DNA of 64,000 nucleotides from Candidatus Krumholzibacteriia bacterium. Lineage in GTDB: Bacteria > Krumholzibacteriota > Krumholzibacteriia > Krumholzibacteriales > Krumholzibacteriaceae. Under the pieces are notes generated by a model that saw only the letters and a list, made by a program, of their open reading frames with translations, did no database searches and was not told the origin of the DNA. The position numbers and the translations under genes are program-made. Shown one piece after another: positions 1 to 10,934 of the stretch. The stretch's first letter is position 1. Each line of letters begins with the position of its first letter. The DNA lies in contig CAWIIQ010000001.1 of NCBI GenBank assembly GCA_963836185.1, positions 800,001-864,000 of the forward strand, read 5' to 3'.

Positions 1-2
1 GT

Positions 3-950
3 CTCGCCTACGTCGTGCCTATCGCTGTCGGCGTGAAATGGTTCCCCGACAAGAAGGGTATGATCTCCGGTCTCGCAGTGGCGGGATTCGGATTCGGCGC
101 GACCCTCTGGGTCAAGATGGCCGGCAGCTGGTTCGGCGGTCTCCTCAACACGACGACCCTCTTCGGGCTTCCCGGAGTCCAGACGGTCTTCTTTATCTAC
201 GGCCTCGCGTTCGCCATCCTCGTGCTGCTCGGCAGCACCGTGATGGTCAATCCGCCCGAGGGCTGGAAGCCGAAGGGATGGAACCCTCCCGCGGATGCCG
301 GCGCGGCGGCGACCGGCGCCGTCAACCTGACGAGCGGCGAGATGCTCCGCACCCCGCAGTATTTCATGCTCTGGCTGATGTTCATCGGTTCGGCGATGGC
401 CGGGCTGATGGTGATCTACTGCATCAGGCTCTTCGGCATCGACGCGCTGCAGACCAGCGGCGCGGCGGTGGATATGAGGACTGCCGGGATTATGGCCGGA
501 ACGGCGATGGCCTGGTACGCGATCCTCAACGGCCTCGGCCGTATCGTCTGGGGCACCGTATCCGACAAGATCGGCCGCAAGTGGGCCCTGATCATGATGT
601 GCGTCTTCCAGGGCGTCATCATGCTTCTCTTCTTCATGATGGGAAAATCGGAATACGGCCTCATTATCGGCGCCTGCATCATAGGCTTCAACTTCGGCGG
701 AAACTTCGCCCTCTTCCCGGCGGCGACGGCCGACTACTTCGGCAACAAGAACGTCGGCACGAACTACGGCTGGGTATTCACCGCCTACGGAGTCGCCGGT
801 ATCGCCGGTCCCCAGGTGGCTGGTTACTTCAAGGACGCTGCCCAGGGCGGCGACGTCAGCGCCTGGTGGACTCCGTTCGTGATCGCGGCGATCTCATGCT
901 TCGCCGCGGCGGTGATCGGCTTCATGCTGAAGCCTGTCAAGAAGGCGTAG
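3..950 (+). CDS. OFA (oxalate/formate antiporter)-family MFS transporter, 5'-truncated by window edge
   Basis: Frame is open from base 3 (LAYVVPIAVGVKWFPDKKG). Motifs KWFPDKKGMISGLAVAGFG, NGLGRIVWGTVSDKIGR and FPAATADYFG..NVGTNYG, plus many TM segments. Confidence 0.9.
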   Translation, partial: LAYVVPIAVGVKWFPDKKGMISGLAVAGFGFGATLWVKMAGSWFGGLLNTTTLFGLPGVQTVFFIYGLAFAILVLLGSTVMVNPPEGWKPKGWNPPADAGAAATGAVNLTSGEMLRTPQYFMLWLMFIGSAMAGLMVIYCIRLFGIDALQTSGAAVDMRTAGIMAGTAMAWYAILNGLGRIVWGTVSDKIGRKWALIMMCVFQGVIMLLFFMMGKSEYGLIIGACIIGFNFGGNFALFPAATADYFGNKNVGTNYGWVFTAYGVAGIAGPQVAGYFKDAAQGGDVSAWWTPFVIAAISCFAAAVIGFMLKPVKKA

Positions 951-978
951 AGGCCCGGGCAAGCGATAGATCATTCAC

Positions 979-1009
979 AACGGGGGGCTTTTACGGCCCC
1001 CCGTTTTTT
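979..1009 (+). terminator. Rho-independent terminator
   Basis: AACGGGGGGC-loop-GCCCCCCGTT stem followed by a T-run, just after the MFS stop. Confidence 0.85.
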
Positions 1010-1023
1010 GCTATCTTGAGGAC

Positions 1024-1656
1024 ATGAACAGACCATACCTCATAGGAATATCAGGCGGCTCCTGCTCGGGCAAGACGAGCCTGGCCCTCGGTTTGGCCCG
1101 GTGTCTCGACGACCTTCAGCCCATCGTCGTGCCACTCGACTCGTACTACTTCGATCTGGAGCATATCCCCGAGGAAGAGAGGGCGAGGTACAACTTCGAC
1201 CATCCCGGGGCGATAGATTTCGATATGTTCGAGAACCATCTCGTCAGGCTTCTCGACGGGAAGGAAGCCCTCATACCGGTATACGACTACGAGAGTCACA
1301 CGCGCGCGCCGAAAGGCGAATGGATCCCGGTCAGTCCTGTGGAGGTGAGCGAGCGCGTAATGATCATCGAGGGGTTGCATGTCTTATACAGCACCGCTGT
1401 CCGCGAGCTTCTCGACCTGAAGATATTCGTCGATATCGGCAAGGCGGTCAGCCTCAACAGGCGTGTCGAGCGTGACGTCCGCGAGAGGGGGAGGACCCCG
1501 GAGTCTGTCGTCCAGCAGTTCCAGCGGCATGTCGTCCCGATGTACGAGGAGTACGTCGAGCCGACCAAGGAGTTCGCCGATCTCGTCGTCGACGGCGAGC
1601 GCCCGCTCGAGGATTCTCTAGGCGCCGTGCTTGCCCGTGTCTATCCCCAGGCCTGA
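1024..1656 (+). CDS. udk: Uridine kinase
   Basis: P-loop GISGGSCSGKT, LDSYY, YNFDHPGAID, IIEG, RRVERDVRERGR and VEPTKEFADL. Confidence 0.9.
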   Translation: MNRPYLIGISGGSCSGKTSLALGLARCLDDLQPIVVPLDSYYFDLEHIPEEERARYNFDHPGAIDFDMFENHLVRLLDGKEALIPVYDYESHTRAPKGEWIPVSPVEVSERVMIIEGLHVLYSTAVRELLDLKIFVDIGKAVSLNRRVERDVRERGRTPESVVQQFQRHVVPMYEEYVEPTKEFADLVVDGERPLEDSLGAVLARVYPQA

Positions 1657-1763
1657 TCTCCCACCATTCAACACACCTATAAATCGTTTGTGGCGGCGGC
1701 GGCCGATTATTATTAATTCAGTGAACGTCGTAACCATGGTTTTGCTTTTTCAGGGTAACGGAA

Positions 1764-2507
1764 ATGCAGGCTGTATTACTTGATCCGGGTACGGCAGAGA
1801 CATCGAAGGGGCGGGGGAGCAGATCGCCTGGCGCTCTGGTCGATGTAGGCGGCCGTCCGCTTATAGAGCATCAGCTCGACTTTCTCTTCGGGGGAGGCGT
1901 CAAGTCGGCCTGTGTCTGTACGGGGCAGGATGGCTACGGCGCGTTCAGGGACTGGCTGCGAGGCTGCGACTACACGGGCAGAGTGGAGCTCGTCACGAAC
2001 AACAACCACAACGGCGGTGGGACCGGCCCGCTTCGCGACCTCTGCGCGATCCTCGAACGAGGCAATTTCATCGACGGAGTCGTCGTGACGGCGGGGAACA
2101 GGTATTTCGATTTCCCTTTTTCAGGATTTGTCGAGTTCTGCGGCGTACACGACGGTGACGCTGTCGTCATCATGGATGTAAAAAACGGCGGCAAGGCTGT
2201 CCGCTGCGGGATGGCTGCTGTTACTGCTAACGACCGTGTCATCAGCTTCGAAGTCGATCCGACCGGGAAAAAGGGCACCCCTCTCGTCGCTCTCCCGCTT
2301 CTCCACCTCAGCGCCGAGACTATACCCTACCTTGGCAGGTACCTCGCCGAGGATAACGACGCCGGCTGCATAGGCTCGTTCCTCGAGTGGTCATACAGGT
2401 TCAGGCCCCTGTTCGCCTACAAGGCGGAGGGGAAGCACTTTCGCGTGACCAACGCCGCCTCGGCGAAGAAGATCGCCTCTTACTTTGAAAAATCCGGCCG
2501 CATCTGA
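1764..2507 (+). CDS. NTP-transferase (sugar-phosphate nucleotidyltransferase)-like protein with degenerate active-site motifs
   Basis: MQAVLL...[22 protein letters not shown] and RVISFE follow the family pattern, but GGxGTR, PK and GD are altered. Confidence 0.65.
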   Translation: MQAVLLDPGTAETSKGRGSRSPGALVDVGGRPLIEHQLDFLFGGGVKSACVCTGQDGYGAFRDWLRGCDYTGRVELVTNNNHNGGGTGPLRDLCAILERGNFIDGVVVTAGNRYFDFPFSGFVEFCGVHDGDAVVIMDVKNGGKAVRCGMAAVTANDRVISFEVDPTGKKGTPLVALPLLHLSAETIPYLGRYLAEDNDAGCIGSFLEWSYRFRPLFAYKAEGKHFRVTNAASAKKIASYFEKSGRI

Positions 2508-2562
2508 TACTATCTTCCCGGACATTCATGATCATGATCATCTCATATCGAGGGAGCCCGAG

Positions 2563-3124
2563 ATGGAAGAGCACGTACGCGAGATAATCAAGGCGCTTGG
2601 CGAGGACCCTGACCGCGAAGGGTTGGCAGACACACCTCGGAGGATGAAGGAATCGCTCGAGTTCCTCACGAGCGGTTACAAGGAAGATATCGACAAGGTG
2701 ATGAAGGGTTTCATCCTCGATGAAGAGTACGACGAGATGGTGATCTGCAGGGACATCTCCCTCTACAGCCTTTGCGAGCACCACATGCTCCCCTTTTACG
2801 GCAAGTGCCACGTCGCCTATATCCCCAACGGAAAGATCATCGGGCTTTCGAAGATCCCCCGTGTCGTCGATATGTTCGCACGCAGGCTGCAGGTCCAGGA
2901 GCGCCTCACAAACCAGATCGCAGTCACACTGATGGAGCATCTCGAACCGCTCGGCGTCGCTGTGATAATAGAGGCGGTACACCTCTGCATGGCGATGCGC
3001 GGGGTCCAGAAACGCGACTCGCTGATCATCACCAGCTCGATGCAGGGCGCCTTCCGCAAGGATCCCGAAGACGAGGATGGAGTTCCTCGACCTGATCCGC
3101 GGCGGCGACCGCCACAAGTGGTAA
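2563..3124 (+). CDS. folE: GTP cyclohydrolase I (one extra base near 3065)
   Basis: [42 protein letters not shown] and HLCMAMRG. Removing one C at GATCCCG restores the canonical end [12 protein letters not shown], with TAA at 3122-3124. Confidence 0.93.
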
Positions 3125-3131
3125 ACACCGG

Positions 3132-3710
3132 ATGAATGAAAAAGAACTTGTCCTGGCCGCAAAAAGCGGGGACCGGGACGCCTTCAATGAACTGATATCA
3201 AACTACACCGACCGGATATACCGGCTCGCATGGAAGCTCTCCGGCAACGAGGAAGACGCGTCGGATATCTTCCAGGAGACCTTCCTCAAGGCCGTCGACA
3301 ATATCGACAGCTTCCGTCTCGAGTCGTCGTTCGGCACGTGGCTCTATACGATCGCGATGAACGTGATGCGTACCTGTTTTGCGAAGCGCAGGAAGATGCA
3401 GCTCAAGCCGATCGATGAATACATGCCGGATCATACCAACGGAACGAACTCGAATCTGCTAGACTGGGGCGATCCGCATGATCTCTTCGAGAACGCTCAG
3501 CTGCGGGAGATGATCGACGCGTTTCTCCTGGAGATGCCGGCCGAGAACAGCACCCCTTTTATCCTCAGGTATCTCGAGGAGATGCCGGTTAAGGAGATCG
3601 CCGAGGTGATGGACCTCTCCGTGCCCGCGGTCAAATCGAGGATACTCAGGGCGAGGCTCGCGCTGCGCGAACACCTCACCGAAAAATTCAGGGAGAAGAA
3701 AGATGGATAA
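3132..3710 (+). CDS. ECF-family RNA polymerase sigma factor
   Basis: [31 protein letters not shown] and region 4 [21 protein letters not shown]. Confidence 0.92.
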   Translation: MNEKELVLAAKSGDRDAFNELISNYTDRIYRLAWKLSGNEEDASDIFQETFLKAVDNIDSFRLESSFGTWLYTIAMNVMRTCFAKRRKMQLKPIDEYMPDHTNGTNSNLLDWGDPHDLFENAQLREMIDAFLLEMPAENSTPFILRYLEEMPVKEIAEVMDLSVPAVKSRILRARLALREHLTEKFREKKDG

Positions 3711-3957
3711 CTGCAGGGAATATCTCGAGAACCTCTGTGCCTACGTAGACGGCGAGGCGGAAGACTCGGTCTGTGAGGAGATAGAGAAGCACCTCAAGGA
3801 GTGCCCCGACTGCGTGATCATGGTCGATACCCTTCGAAAGACGGTAAAACTCTGCCGCGAGGGGCAGGAGGAGCCTCTGCCCGGGGAACTGAAGGCCAGG
3901 ATGCAGGTCATAATCGACAAGAAATGGAAGGAGAAGTTCGGCAAGGACAAGGGATAA
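3703..3957 (+). CDS. Soluble zinc-finger (zf-HC2/ZAS) anti-sigma factor
   Basis: C...YVDGE...HLKECPDC (HxxxCxxC), no TM segment, overlaps the sigma stop. Confidence 0.88.
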   Translation: MDNCREYLENLCAYVDGEAEDSVCEEIEKHLKECPDCVIMVDTLRKTVKLCREGQEEPLPGELKARMQVIIDKKWKEKFGKDKG

Positions 3958-4020
3958 GACAGACCAACCCGCTGATATCATTCGTTTTACCGACTTTTTT
4001 CGATAAATCTCAAAAAATGT

Positions 4021-4048
4021 GAATCGTTTCCGCTCCTTTCCTATCAAA
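4021..4048 (+). promoter_or_regulatory. Candidate ECF-sigma promoter of the MMPL operon
   Basis: GAATCG-N17-TCAAA resembles the ECF GAAC..-N16/17-TCAAA pattern and lies 40 bp upstream of ATG 4088. Confidence 0.35.
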
Positions 4049-4087
4049 AGGGTTACATATGTTTCACTTCTGAAAAGGAAAGGTGCG

Positions 4088-6423
4088 ATGAGACGTTTTA
4101 TAGAGGATTTTTCGATCAATCACCCGTGGGTGGTAATCATTGCTGTAGTAGTGATCACCGCCTTCTTCGCTGTTCAGCTCCCCAATATCAAGATCGATAC
4201 AGATCCGGAGAACATGCTCCAGGCGGACGAGCCGGCGAGGCTCTTCGACCACGAGGTCAAGGAGGAGTTCGCGATCTCCGACTTTATAGCGGTCGGTGTG
4301 GTCGTTGAGGAGGGGGCTTTCAGCAGCGCTCTCCTGACCAATATCCACGCTATCGTCGAGGAGGTCTCGGAGATAGAAGGGGTAGTCGCCGATGACATAC
4401 TCTCTCCCTCGACAGTCGATGACATCAGCCAGGACAGCGACGGCGTCCTTACCGTCTCGACCCTGATGGAGGACCCTCCGGCGGATGACGCCGAGGCGCA
4501 GAAGATCCTCGAGAGGATAAGGAGCAACCCTGTCTTCAGGGGAAAGCTCGCTTCAGACGACGGCAAGGCGATAGCCCTCTTTATTCCCATAGAATCCAAG
4601 AACATGTCTCACCGGATCGCCGGCGAGATAGAGGAGATCATCTCGAAGCACTCGTCGGGCGAGCAGTATTTCATCGCCGGGCTCCCTGTGGCCGAGGACA
4701 GCTTCGGAGCGGAGATGTTCAGGCAGATGGCGATCAGTGCCCCGATGGCCGGGCTGATAATCTTCCTTCTCCTTCTTCTCTTCTTCAGGAACTGGAAGAT
4801 CGTCATCGCGCCGATGATCGTCGCGATCGCCTCCGTGATCTGGACGATGGGGCTTCTCATATTGACCGGGAACACCGTCCACATCATGAGCTCGATGATC
4901 CCGATATTCCTCATTCCGATAGCGGTCCTGAGCTCGATACATATCATCTCGGAGTTCCACGACGAGTTCCAGAGGTACAAGCACAAGAAGACTACGATAA
5001 GAAATACGATCCTCAAGCTCTTCACGCCGATCCTGTTCACCACGCTGACGACAGTAGTCGGGTTCGCGTCGCTAGCGATGACGCCGATCCCGCCCGTAAG
5101 GGTCTTCGGGATATTCGTCGCCTTCGGGATCATGGTGGCGTGGCTTCTGTCGATAACATTCAATCCCGCCTTCGCCGTACTCATCCCGAGCAAGTCGCTG
5201 AGGAACTTCGGGAAGAGCGATGACGCACACGGCCCCTTTCAAAGGCTCTTCACGCCATCAGGGGATTCAACAGGAAGCACTACAAGGCCGTCCTGGCCGG
5301 TTCGCTCGTCGTCATGATCGTCGCGGGCATCGGGCTGAAGATGATCATCGTCAACGACAACCCGGTAAAGTGGTTCAAGAGCAACCATCCTCTCAGGGTA
5401 GCAGACGTCACGCTCAACCGGCACCTCGCCGGCACATATATGAATTATCTCGTCCTCGACGGTGGTGAAGAGGACGCTATGAAGGATCCCGAGACGCTCA
5501 AGTATATCGAACGCCTCCAGAGACATCTCGAAGAGAGCCCGTTTGTAGGAGCCGCCACCGGGCTGCCTGACATCGTGAAGAAGGTTCGCTTCGAGCTCTT
5601 CGACAGCGATCCGGCGAAGTTCGCCATACCGGATAACCAGAGAGAGGTCGCGGAGGGTCTCTTCCTCTTCGAGATCTCAGGCGGCGACCCGGGCGATCTT
5701 TTCAAGTTCGTCTCGGAGGACTACTCGAAGGTAAACCTCTGGGTGCAGCTCAACGAGGGAGATAACCGCTCGGTGATGTCGGTCGTTCAGTCGGCCGAGG
5801 ATTTCATCAGCGAGAACCCGCCCCCGACAAAGATGAAGGCTCAGTGGGCGGGGCTTTCCTACATCAATATCGTATGGCAGGAGAAGATGGTCTCCGGGCT
5901 GCGGGCGGCGCTTCTCAGCTCGTTCGCCGTAGTCTTCGTGATGATGGTCTTCCTCTTCCGCTCACCGCTGCTCGGCCTGATCTCGATGCTGCCCCTGAGC
6001 ATCACGATTATGGCGATCTACGGGGCGATCGGCTACATAGGAAAGCCTTACGACATGCCGATAGCCGTTCTTTCGTCATTGACGCTCGGCCTGTCGATCG
6101 ATTTCGCGATCCACTTTATCAAGAGGACGCGGAGCATCCACAAGGAGACGGGGGATTTCGAGAAGACATACAACGAGATGTTCGAGGGGCTAGGCAGGGC
6201 GATCAGCAGGAACGTACTCGTCATCGCCATCGGGTTCGTCCCGATGTTCTTCTCCTCGCTCGTTCCATACATCACGGTAGGTTCGTTCTTCTTCGCGATA
6301 ATGCTGGTCTCTGGAGCCGTGACGATGCTGCTCCTGCCGTCGATCTTCATCGTTCTTAGAAAGAAACTGTTCCCTCAGGCCGCCGTGGAGACAGAAGAGA
6401 CAACAGTCAGGAAAGCAAGTTAG
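4088..6423 (+). CDS. MMPL/RND-family transporter (frameshift near 5234; ORFs 4019..5317 plus 5314..6423)
   Basis: IDTDPENML, TTLTTVVGFASL and GLSIDFAIHF with two-repeat RND topology. Adding one C in GGCCCCTTTC joins the halves (GPLSKALHAIRGFNRKHYKAVL). Confidence 0.88.
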
Positions 6424-6451
6424 TCAACCGTTAACCGCAGGAGGAAATGTC

Positions 6452-7255
6452 ATGAAGACAATGACTATCATAACAGCCGCAGCGATCATGCTCATGTCGA
6501 TGCCGGCGCTCGCAGGGAACAGCGTTCCCGACCCGGAGTCCCTTATGAAAGAGGCCCACATGGCGATGTTCTACGCCTCTGACGATGGTATCTCCGAAGT
6601 GGAGATGAAGATCGTCAACTCGAAGGGCAAGGAGAGGGTCAGGCAGTTCGCGATGCTCAGGCTCGACGTCGAGGAGGGCGGCAAGCAGATGTACTACACA
6701 TACTTCCGTCAGCCTCACGATGTCTCCAGGCTTACATTCATGGTCCACAAGCTGCCCGACGCTAACGACAGCAGATGGCTCTACGTTCCGTCGATCGATC
6801 TGGTCAAGCGGATCTCGTCCGACGACAAGGCATCGAGCTTCGTCGGGTCCGATTTCACATACGAGGATGTCTCGGGAAGGCACTGGAGCGAGGACAACCA
6901 CACATTCGTCCGCGAGGATGAGTTGGACGGGCGCGGCGTATATGTCATCGAGTCGACTCCGAAGGAGAAGTACAAGGGGTTCACCCGCAAGATCACGATG
7001 ATCGATCGCGAGAATCATCTTGTCCTGCGCGAGGAGTACTACACGAAGGGCGATACGCCGGAGCGTGTATTCACCGCCGAGAAGGTCGAGATGATAGACG
7101 GCATAGCCACTTCGACCTTCCGCAAGATGGAAAACCTCAAGAAGAACCAGTACACGACAGTCGAGTTTTCTGACATCAGGTACGGGGTCGGTATGGACGA
7201 ATCGCTGTTCACCGAGCGCTACCTGAAGAACCCGCCGCGTGAGTACATCCAGTAG
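6452..7255 (+). CDS. LolA-like outer-membrane lipoprotein-sorting protein
   Basis: Signal peptide, RWLYVPSIDLVKRI, SFVGSDFTYED and LFTERYL, typical of MMPL-associated LolA-like proteins. Confidence 0.85.
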   Translation: MKTMTIITAAAIMLMSMPALAGNSVPDPESLMKEAHMAMFYASDDGISEVEMKIVNSKGKERVRQFAMLRLDVEEGGKQMYYTYFRQPHDVSRLTFMVHKLPDANDSRWLYVPSIDLVKRISSDDKASSFVGSDFTYEDVSGRHWSEDNHTFVREDELDGRGVYVIESTPKEKYKGFTRKITMIDRENHLVLREEYYTKGDTPERVFTAEKVEMIDGIATSTFRKMENLKKNQYTTVEFSDIRYGVGMDESLFTERYLKNPPREYIQ

Positions 7256-7273
7256 ACGGGGAGGAAGAGGATC

Positions 7274-8527
7274 ATGATGCGATACAGAGGATTACTTGCC
7301 GGGATGCTGCTCGCTGCAGTGATTTCGATACCCGCCTCGGCGGACACTGATATCGGCGGATTCGTACAGGGCCTTTACGGATACGGGACCGACAGCAGGA
7401 ATCCGGTGCCGTCAGAGCTGACCGCGTCGGAAGTGAGGCTCCAGCTGAGGCTCGAGTCGTTCTCGGACAACGCCGAGTATTTCGGCCGGCTCGATTTCGT
7501 ATACGACGATTATCTCGATCCCTCGATCAGCGCAGAGCTGAGGGAAGGGTACATGAAGTTCGGAGTAGGCGGATGGCTCGACATGAAGATCGGACGGCAG
7601 ATCATCACCTGGGGAACCGGTGACCTGATCTTCATCAACGACCTCTTCCCCAAGGACTGGGTCTCTTTCTTTGCCGGCCGCGATGACCAGTACCTAAAAG
7701 CGCCGCAGAACTCGCTGCGTTTTACGATGTACGGCGGAGCGACCACGTTCGATCTGGTATATACGCCTAGGTTCACGGCGGACGTCATCCCCTCGGGGAT
7801 GAGGCTGAGTTACTACAACCCGATGGCAGGCGGGATCGTCGGGGGCGAGGAAAACCTTTTCGAGGGCAGGATGCCCGAGGCGAAGATAGAGAACGGCGAG
7901 ATCTCGGCCAAACTGTCGCGTTACTTCGGCAACCTCGACGGGGCGCTCTATTCATATAGAGGCTTTTACAAGACCCCGGTCGGGATGGACATGGCCGCAA
8001 TGGAGGCGTACTACCCCGAGCTGATGGTCTATGGAGCCTCGGTCAGGTCACCACTTCTCGGCGGCATATTCTGGCTCGAGACCGGTTATTACGATTCGCG
8101 GGAAGACTCAGATGGAAACGATCCGCTCGTACCGAACAGCTCGCTCGAGAGCATGGCGGGTTTCGAGAGGCAGATCTCTTCGTCGGTGACGGCGAATCTT
8201 CAGTACTACAACAGTTACATGATAGATCACGACAGCTTTGCGGCAACACTTCCCGAAGGTTCGCATGTCACCGACGAGTTTTACCATCTTCTTACATCGA
8301 GGGTCACGATGCGGTTCATGATGGAGAACCTCAACGTGTCCCTGTTCGCCTTCTATTCGCCATCCGAGGATGACGCCTATGGAAGAGCCGCGGTGACGTA
8401 CAGGTATACCGATGCCGTATCGATGGTGCTCGGGACAAACCTCTTCTACGGCGAGAATGAATACACGACATTCGGCGGATTTCAGCACGACGACAACGTC
8501 TACCTGAAGTTCACCTACGGGATATAG
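7274..8527 (+). CDS. Outer-membrane beta-barrel protein (DUF1302-like) of the MMPL operon
   Basis: Signal peptide, ELREGY, KIGRQIITWGTGD and C-terminal VYLKFTYGI beta strand. Confidence 0.75.
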   Translation: MMRYRGLLAGMLLAAVISIPASADTDIGGFVQGLYGYGTDSRNPVPSELTASEVRLQLRLESFSDNAEYFGRLDFVYDDYLDPSISAELREGYMKFGVGGWLDMKIGRQIITWGTGDLIFINDLFPKDWVSFFAGRDDQYLKAPQNSLRFTMYGGATTFDLVYTPRFTADVIPSGMRLSYYNPMAGGIVGGEENLFEGRMPEAKIENGEISAKLSRYFGNLDGALYSYRGFYKTPVGMDMAAMEAYYPELMVYGASVRSPLLGGIFWLETGYYDSREDSDGNDPLVPNSSLESMAGFERQISSSVTANLQYYNSYMIDHDSFAATLPEGSHVTDEFYHLLTSRVTMRFMMENLNVSLFAFYSPSEDDAYGRAAVTYRYTDAVSMVLGTNLFYGENEYTTFGGFQHDDNVYLKFTYGI

Positions 8528-8539
8528 GAGGAAACAGAG

Positions 8540-8725
8540 ATGAAACTCGAATACATGATCAGGATACTGGCCGGCACGATGGTGCTCGCGTCACTCGTCC
8601 TGAGCCAGCTCGTATCGAACTGGTGGCTGCTGCTCGGCGCCTTCGTCGGCATCAACCTGATACAGTCTTCTTTCACCCGGTTCTGCCCGGCCGAGAAGAT
8701 CCTCTCAAGGATAACGGGCAGATAG
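8540..8725 (+). CDS. DUF2892 (YgaP-like) small membrane protein
   Basis: RILAG...FVGINLIQSSFTRFCPAE with a strong GGAGG RBS. Confidence 0.88.
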   Translation: MKLEYMIRILAGTMVLASLVLSQLVSNWWLLLGAFVGINLIQSSFTRFCPAEKILSRITGR

Positions 8726-8730
8726 TCCTG

Positions 8731-8763
8731 AAAGGGGCGGCCCTTCACGGGGACGCCCCTTTT
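8731..8763. terminator. Probably bidirectional intrinsic terminator
   Basis: AAAGGGGCG...CGCCCCTTTT stem with A and T tails, between convergent genes. Confidence 0.85.
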
Positions 8764-8809
8764 GTCATGATCTTTATGGCGGCGCGGGCCAGAGTCTGTG
8801 CCGTTTCCC

Positions 8810-10826
8810 TTAATGGCTCGCCTCGACCGTTACCATCAGCGTCGCATCTTTGTTCGATACCTCCGATGTCTCAGAGAAGGTCCAGGTGAACGGCTCGAAG
8901 GTCCCTGACGGCCCTATCTCGTAGTAATCGGGTACGCCCGGGTATCCCGGCCATTCGACCCGGCTTCTGAGGTCTGTCCAGAAGTCGACGCAGTCCTCCC
9001 CGTCCATACAGTATTGTATATCCACGTCGTCGGTTATCGGTGTGGTCATAAGGTTCAGGCCCAGAAGGACCGGGATGCGCACGCCGTCTCCGCGGTCGAC
9101 ATGGTCGAGTGTGGGCCTGATAAGGCAGCCTGATACCTCGGAGCCGCCTATGATAGTCGATGTTCCGCATTCGCCGTTGGTGCATCCCGCTGAATTGTAG
9201 GTGCGCGTTATGACCCCGGTGCAGGTAGTTTCGCAGTTACCGAATCGTGTTCGCGTAGTTCGTCCCGGCCCCTGTTATCGTGCACGTAGTGGTTCCGAAG
9301 TTCTCCGCGTCTACATCCTTGACAGCTGTGTATGTATAATTGACCGTTGTCGTAACAGTGAAGTTGCGGAATGTCACGACGACCGGTTCCGCATCGATAG
9401 TCTCGCCCGCTTCAGAGTTGTAGACGGACGAATTGATCGTCTTCTGGATCATCTCGGCACAGTAGAACCGCTCCCCGTACCCGAGGTCGAGAGAGGTGAA
9501 GGAGACCTTGTGTTCGCCGTTCTCGTCGCTGTCCCCGCCCTCGAGGTTTATCCCGTTGGCGTCCCAGCCGCAGTCGAGGAAGGCCCCCTCGACCGGCTGT
9601 CCCGAACTTGTCGTGAGCCTCAGGGTCACGGTTGCGACGCACATATCCTCGTCGCCCTCGTTGATGACGGCGCGCAGTATCTCGGTCCTGTCGACCGATA
9701 TCGTCAGCCGCCACGAGGCGCAGCAGTCATCGATCCATGTATTGACGCTGGCGAGGAAGCCAGCGTCCGTGATATACCCTGTCTGGCCCAGTCCCTTGAT
9801 GAAATAGAGGAGATACTGGCCTTCTGAGCATTCCCCCGACGAGCAGAGCGACCGTGCCTCGGCTGCGAGCGTCTGCGCCATCGCGAGTATCCTGCCGAGG
9901 ATGTCGTCCCTGAACGACTGGACATCGTAGGAGAGCTCATCCATGCCGGAGAAATATTGCACCCTGTCGAGCTCTTCGGTGAGATCCTCGATCTCGCCCG
10001 GCGAAGTGGGAGAGGACGGGTAAAGAGCCAGAAGTGCCGAGCGATGAATATTGAGCGCATTCGACGCTGCCGGCATGACGAGGGTATTCAGCCCCTCGCA
10101 GAGCTCATGGCACCCGGCGATCCCGGCCGGGTCGCAGGCCTTGTTGAACGAGATCACGTTGACGAGGTTGTAGAGGTTGTAGAAGAACCCTGCCGTGCCG
10201 GCCGTTCCTTCGGCGTTCGCTTTCATGGCAAGATAAAGATCGATAAGTCGCCCGCAGTCGGCGGCGGCCGTCCCGTACCCGGTGAAGTGCCAGAGTTTCG
10301 CAGTCAGGGTCTTTGTGGCGAAATCGATCTCCGATTCACACGTCCCGATCTCGCTGTGCGGTGAATCGAACATGAATACGGCTGCCGTGCTGTCGAAGGG
10401 AAACTCTTCGCCGAGAGGAAATGAGATTTCGAGTGTCACAAGTGTATCGAACTCGATCCCTTCGGGCTCGAATATGGCGCCCCTTACGCAGCAGTCGATC
10501 TCGGGGCAGGATGACGCGCAGGTGAATGTCCCCGGCCCCGTCACGGTCAGGTCAGAGACGGGGGTTATGGTGACCAGCGTGTCAGACTCGAGCGCACCGG
10601 CAGGTATCCTCAGCGTGTACACCACTCCGTCAGGACCGACGGCGACGACATTTCCGCCGGGCTCGCCGACTACCGCGCTGACGGCCATGTCGTTCTCGGC
10701 CGTGTAGCTGACCTCGAACTGTTCAGGTTCATTACCACCGTCTCCATCATCGACCGGGCCCGAGGAATCGCCCGAGCACGAGGCCATCACCATCATGCAG
10801 ATGAGGACGCTGAATATTCTTTTCAA
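8810..10826 (-). CDS. Large Cys-rich lipoprotein of unknown function (frameshift near 9244)
   Basis: TTG start with RBS and lipobox MASC. ZU5-like GG.V...LRIPAGAL...FEPEG...LWHFTGY and an Ig-like region. Removing one base joins ORF 9237..10859 to 8810..9082 through NCETTCTGVITRTY. Confidence 0.7.
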
Positions 10827-10855
10827 TCCGACACCCCTTTCAGATCTCGATGACG

Positions 10856-10877
10856 TCACTCCCGGCGCCGGGAGTGA
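10856..10877. repeat. Perfect 22-bp palindrome TCACTCCCGGCGCCGGGAGTGA
   Basis: Read directly. Lies between a minus-strand CATAAT and the lipoprotein start. Confidence 0.8.
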
Positions 10878-10934
10878 TATTATGTTAACCGGTCCCGTTG
10901 CCGGGAGCGGGCTATACCCCCTTTTAGCGAGGTA

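Noticed and set aside
2563-3124. folE with the QueC-like gene (53838) as a 7-deazaguanine DNA-modification system
   Set aside because: The genes are 50 kb apart in unrelated contexts, and no queD, queE or dpdA was seen.
3064-5240. Programmed frameshifting in folE or MMPL
   Set aside because: No canonical slippery heptamer or stimulatory structure was seen, and similar indels are scattered over unrelated genes, so sequencing error is more likely.
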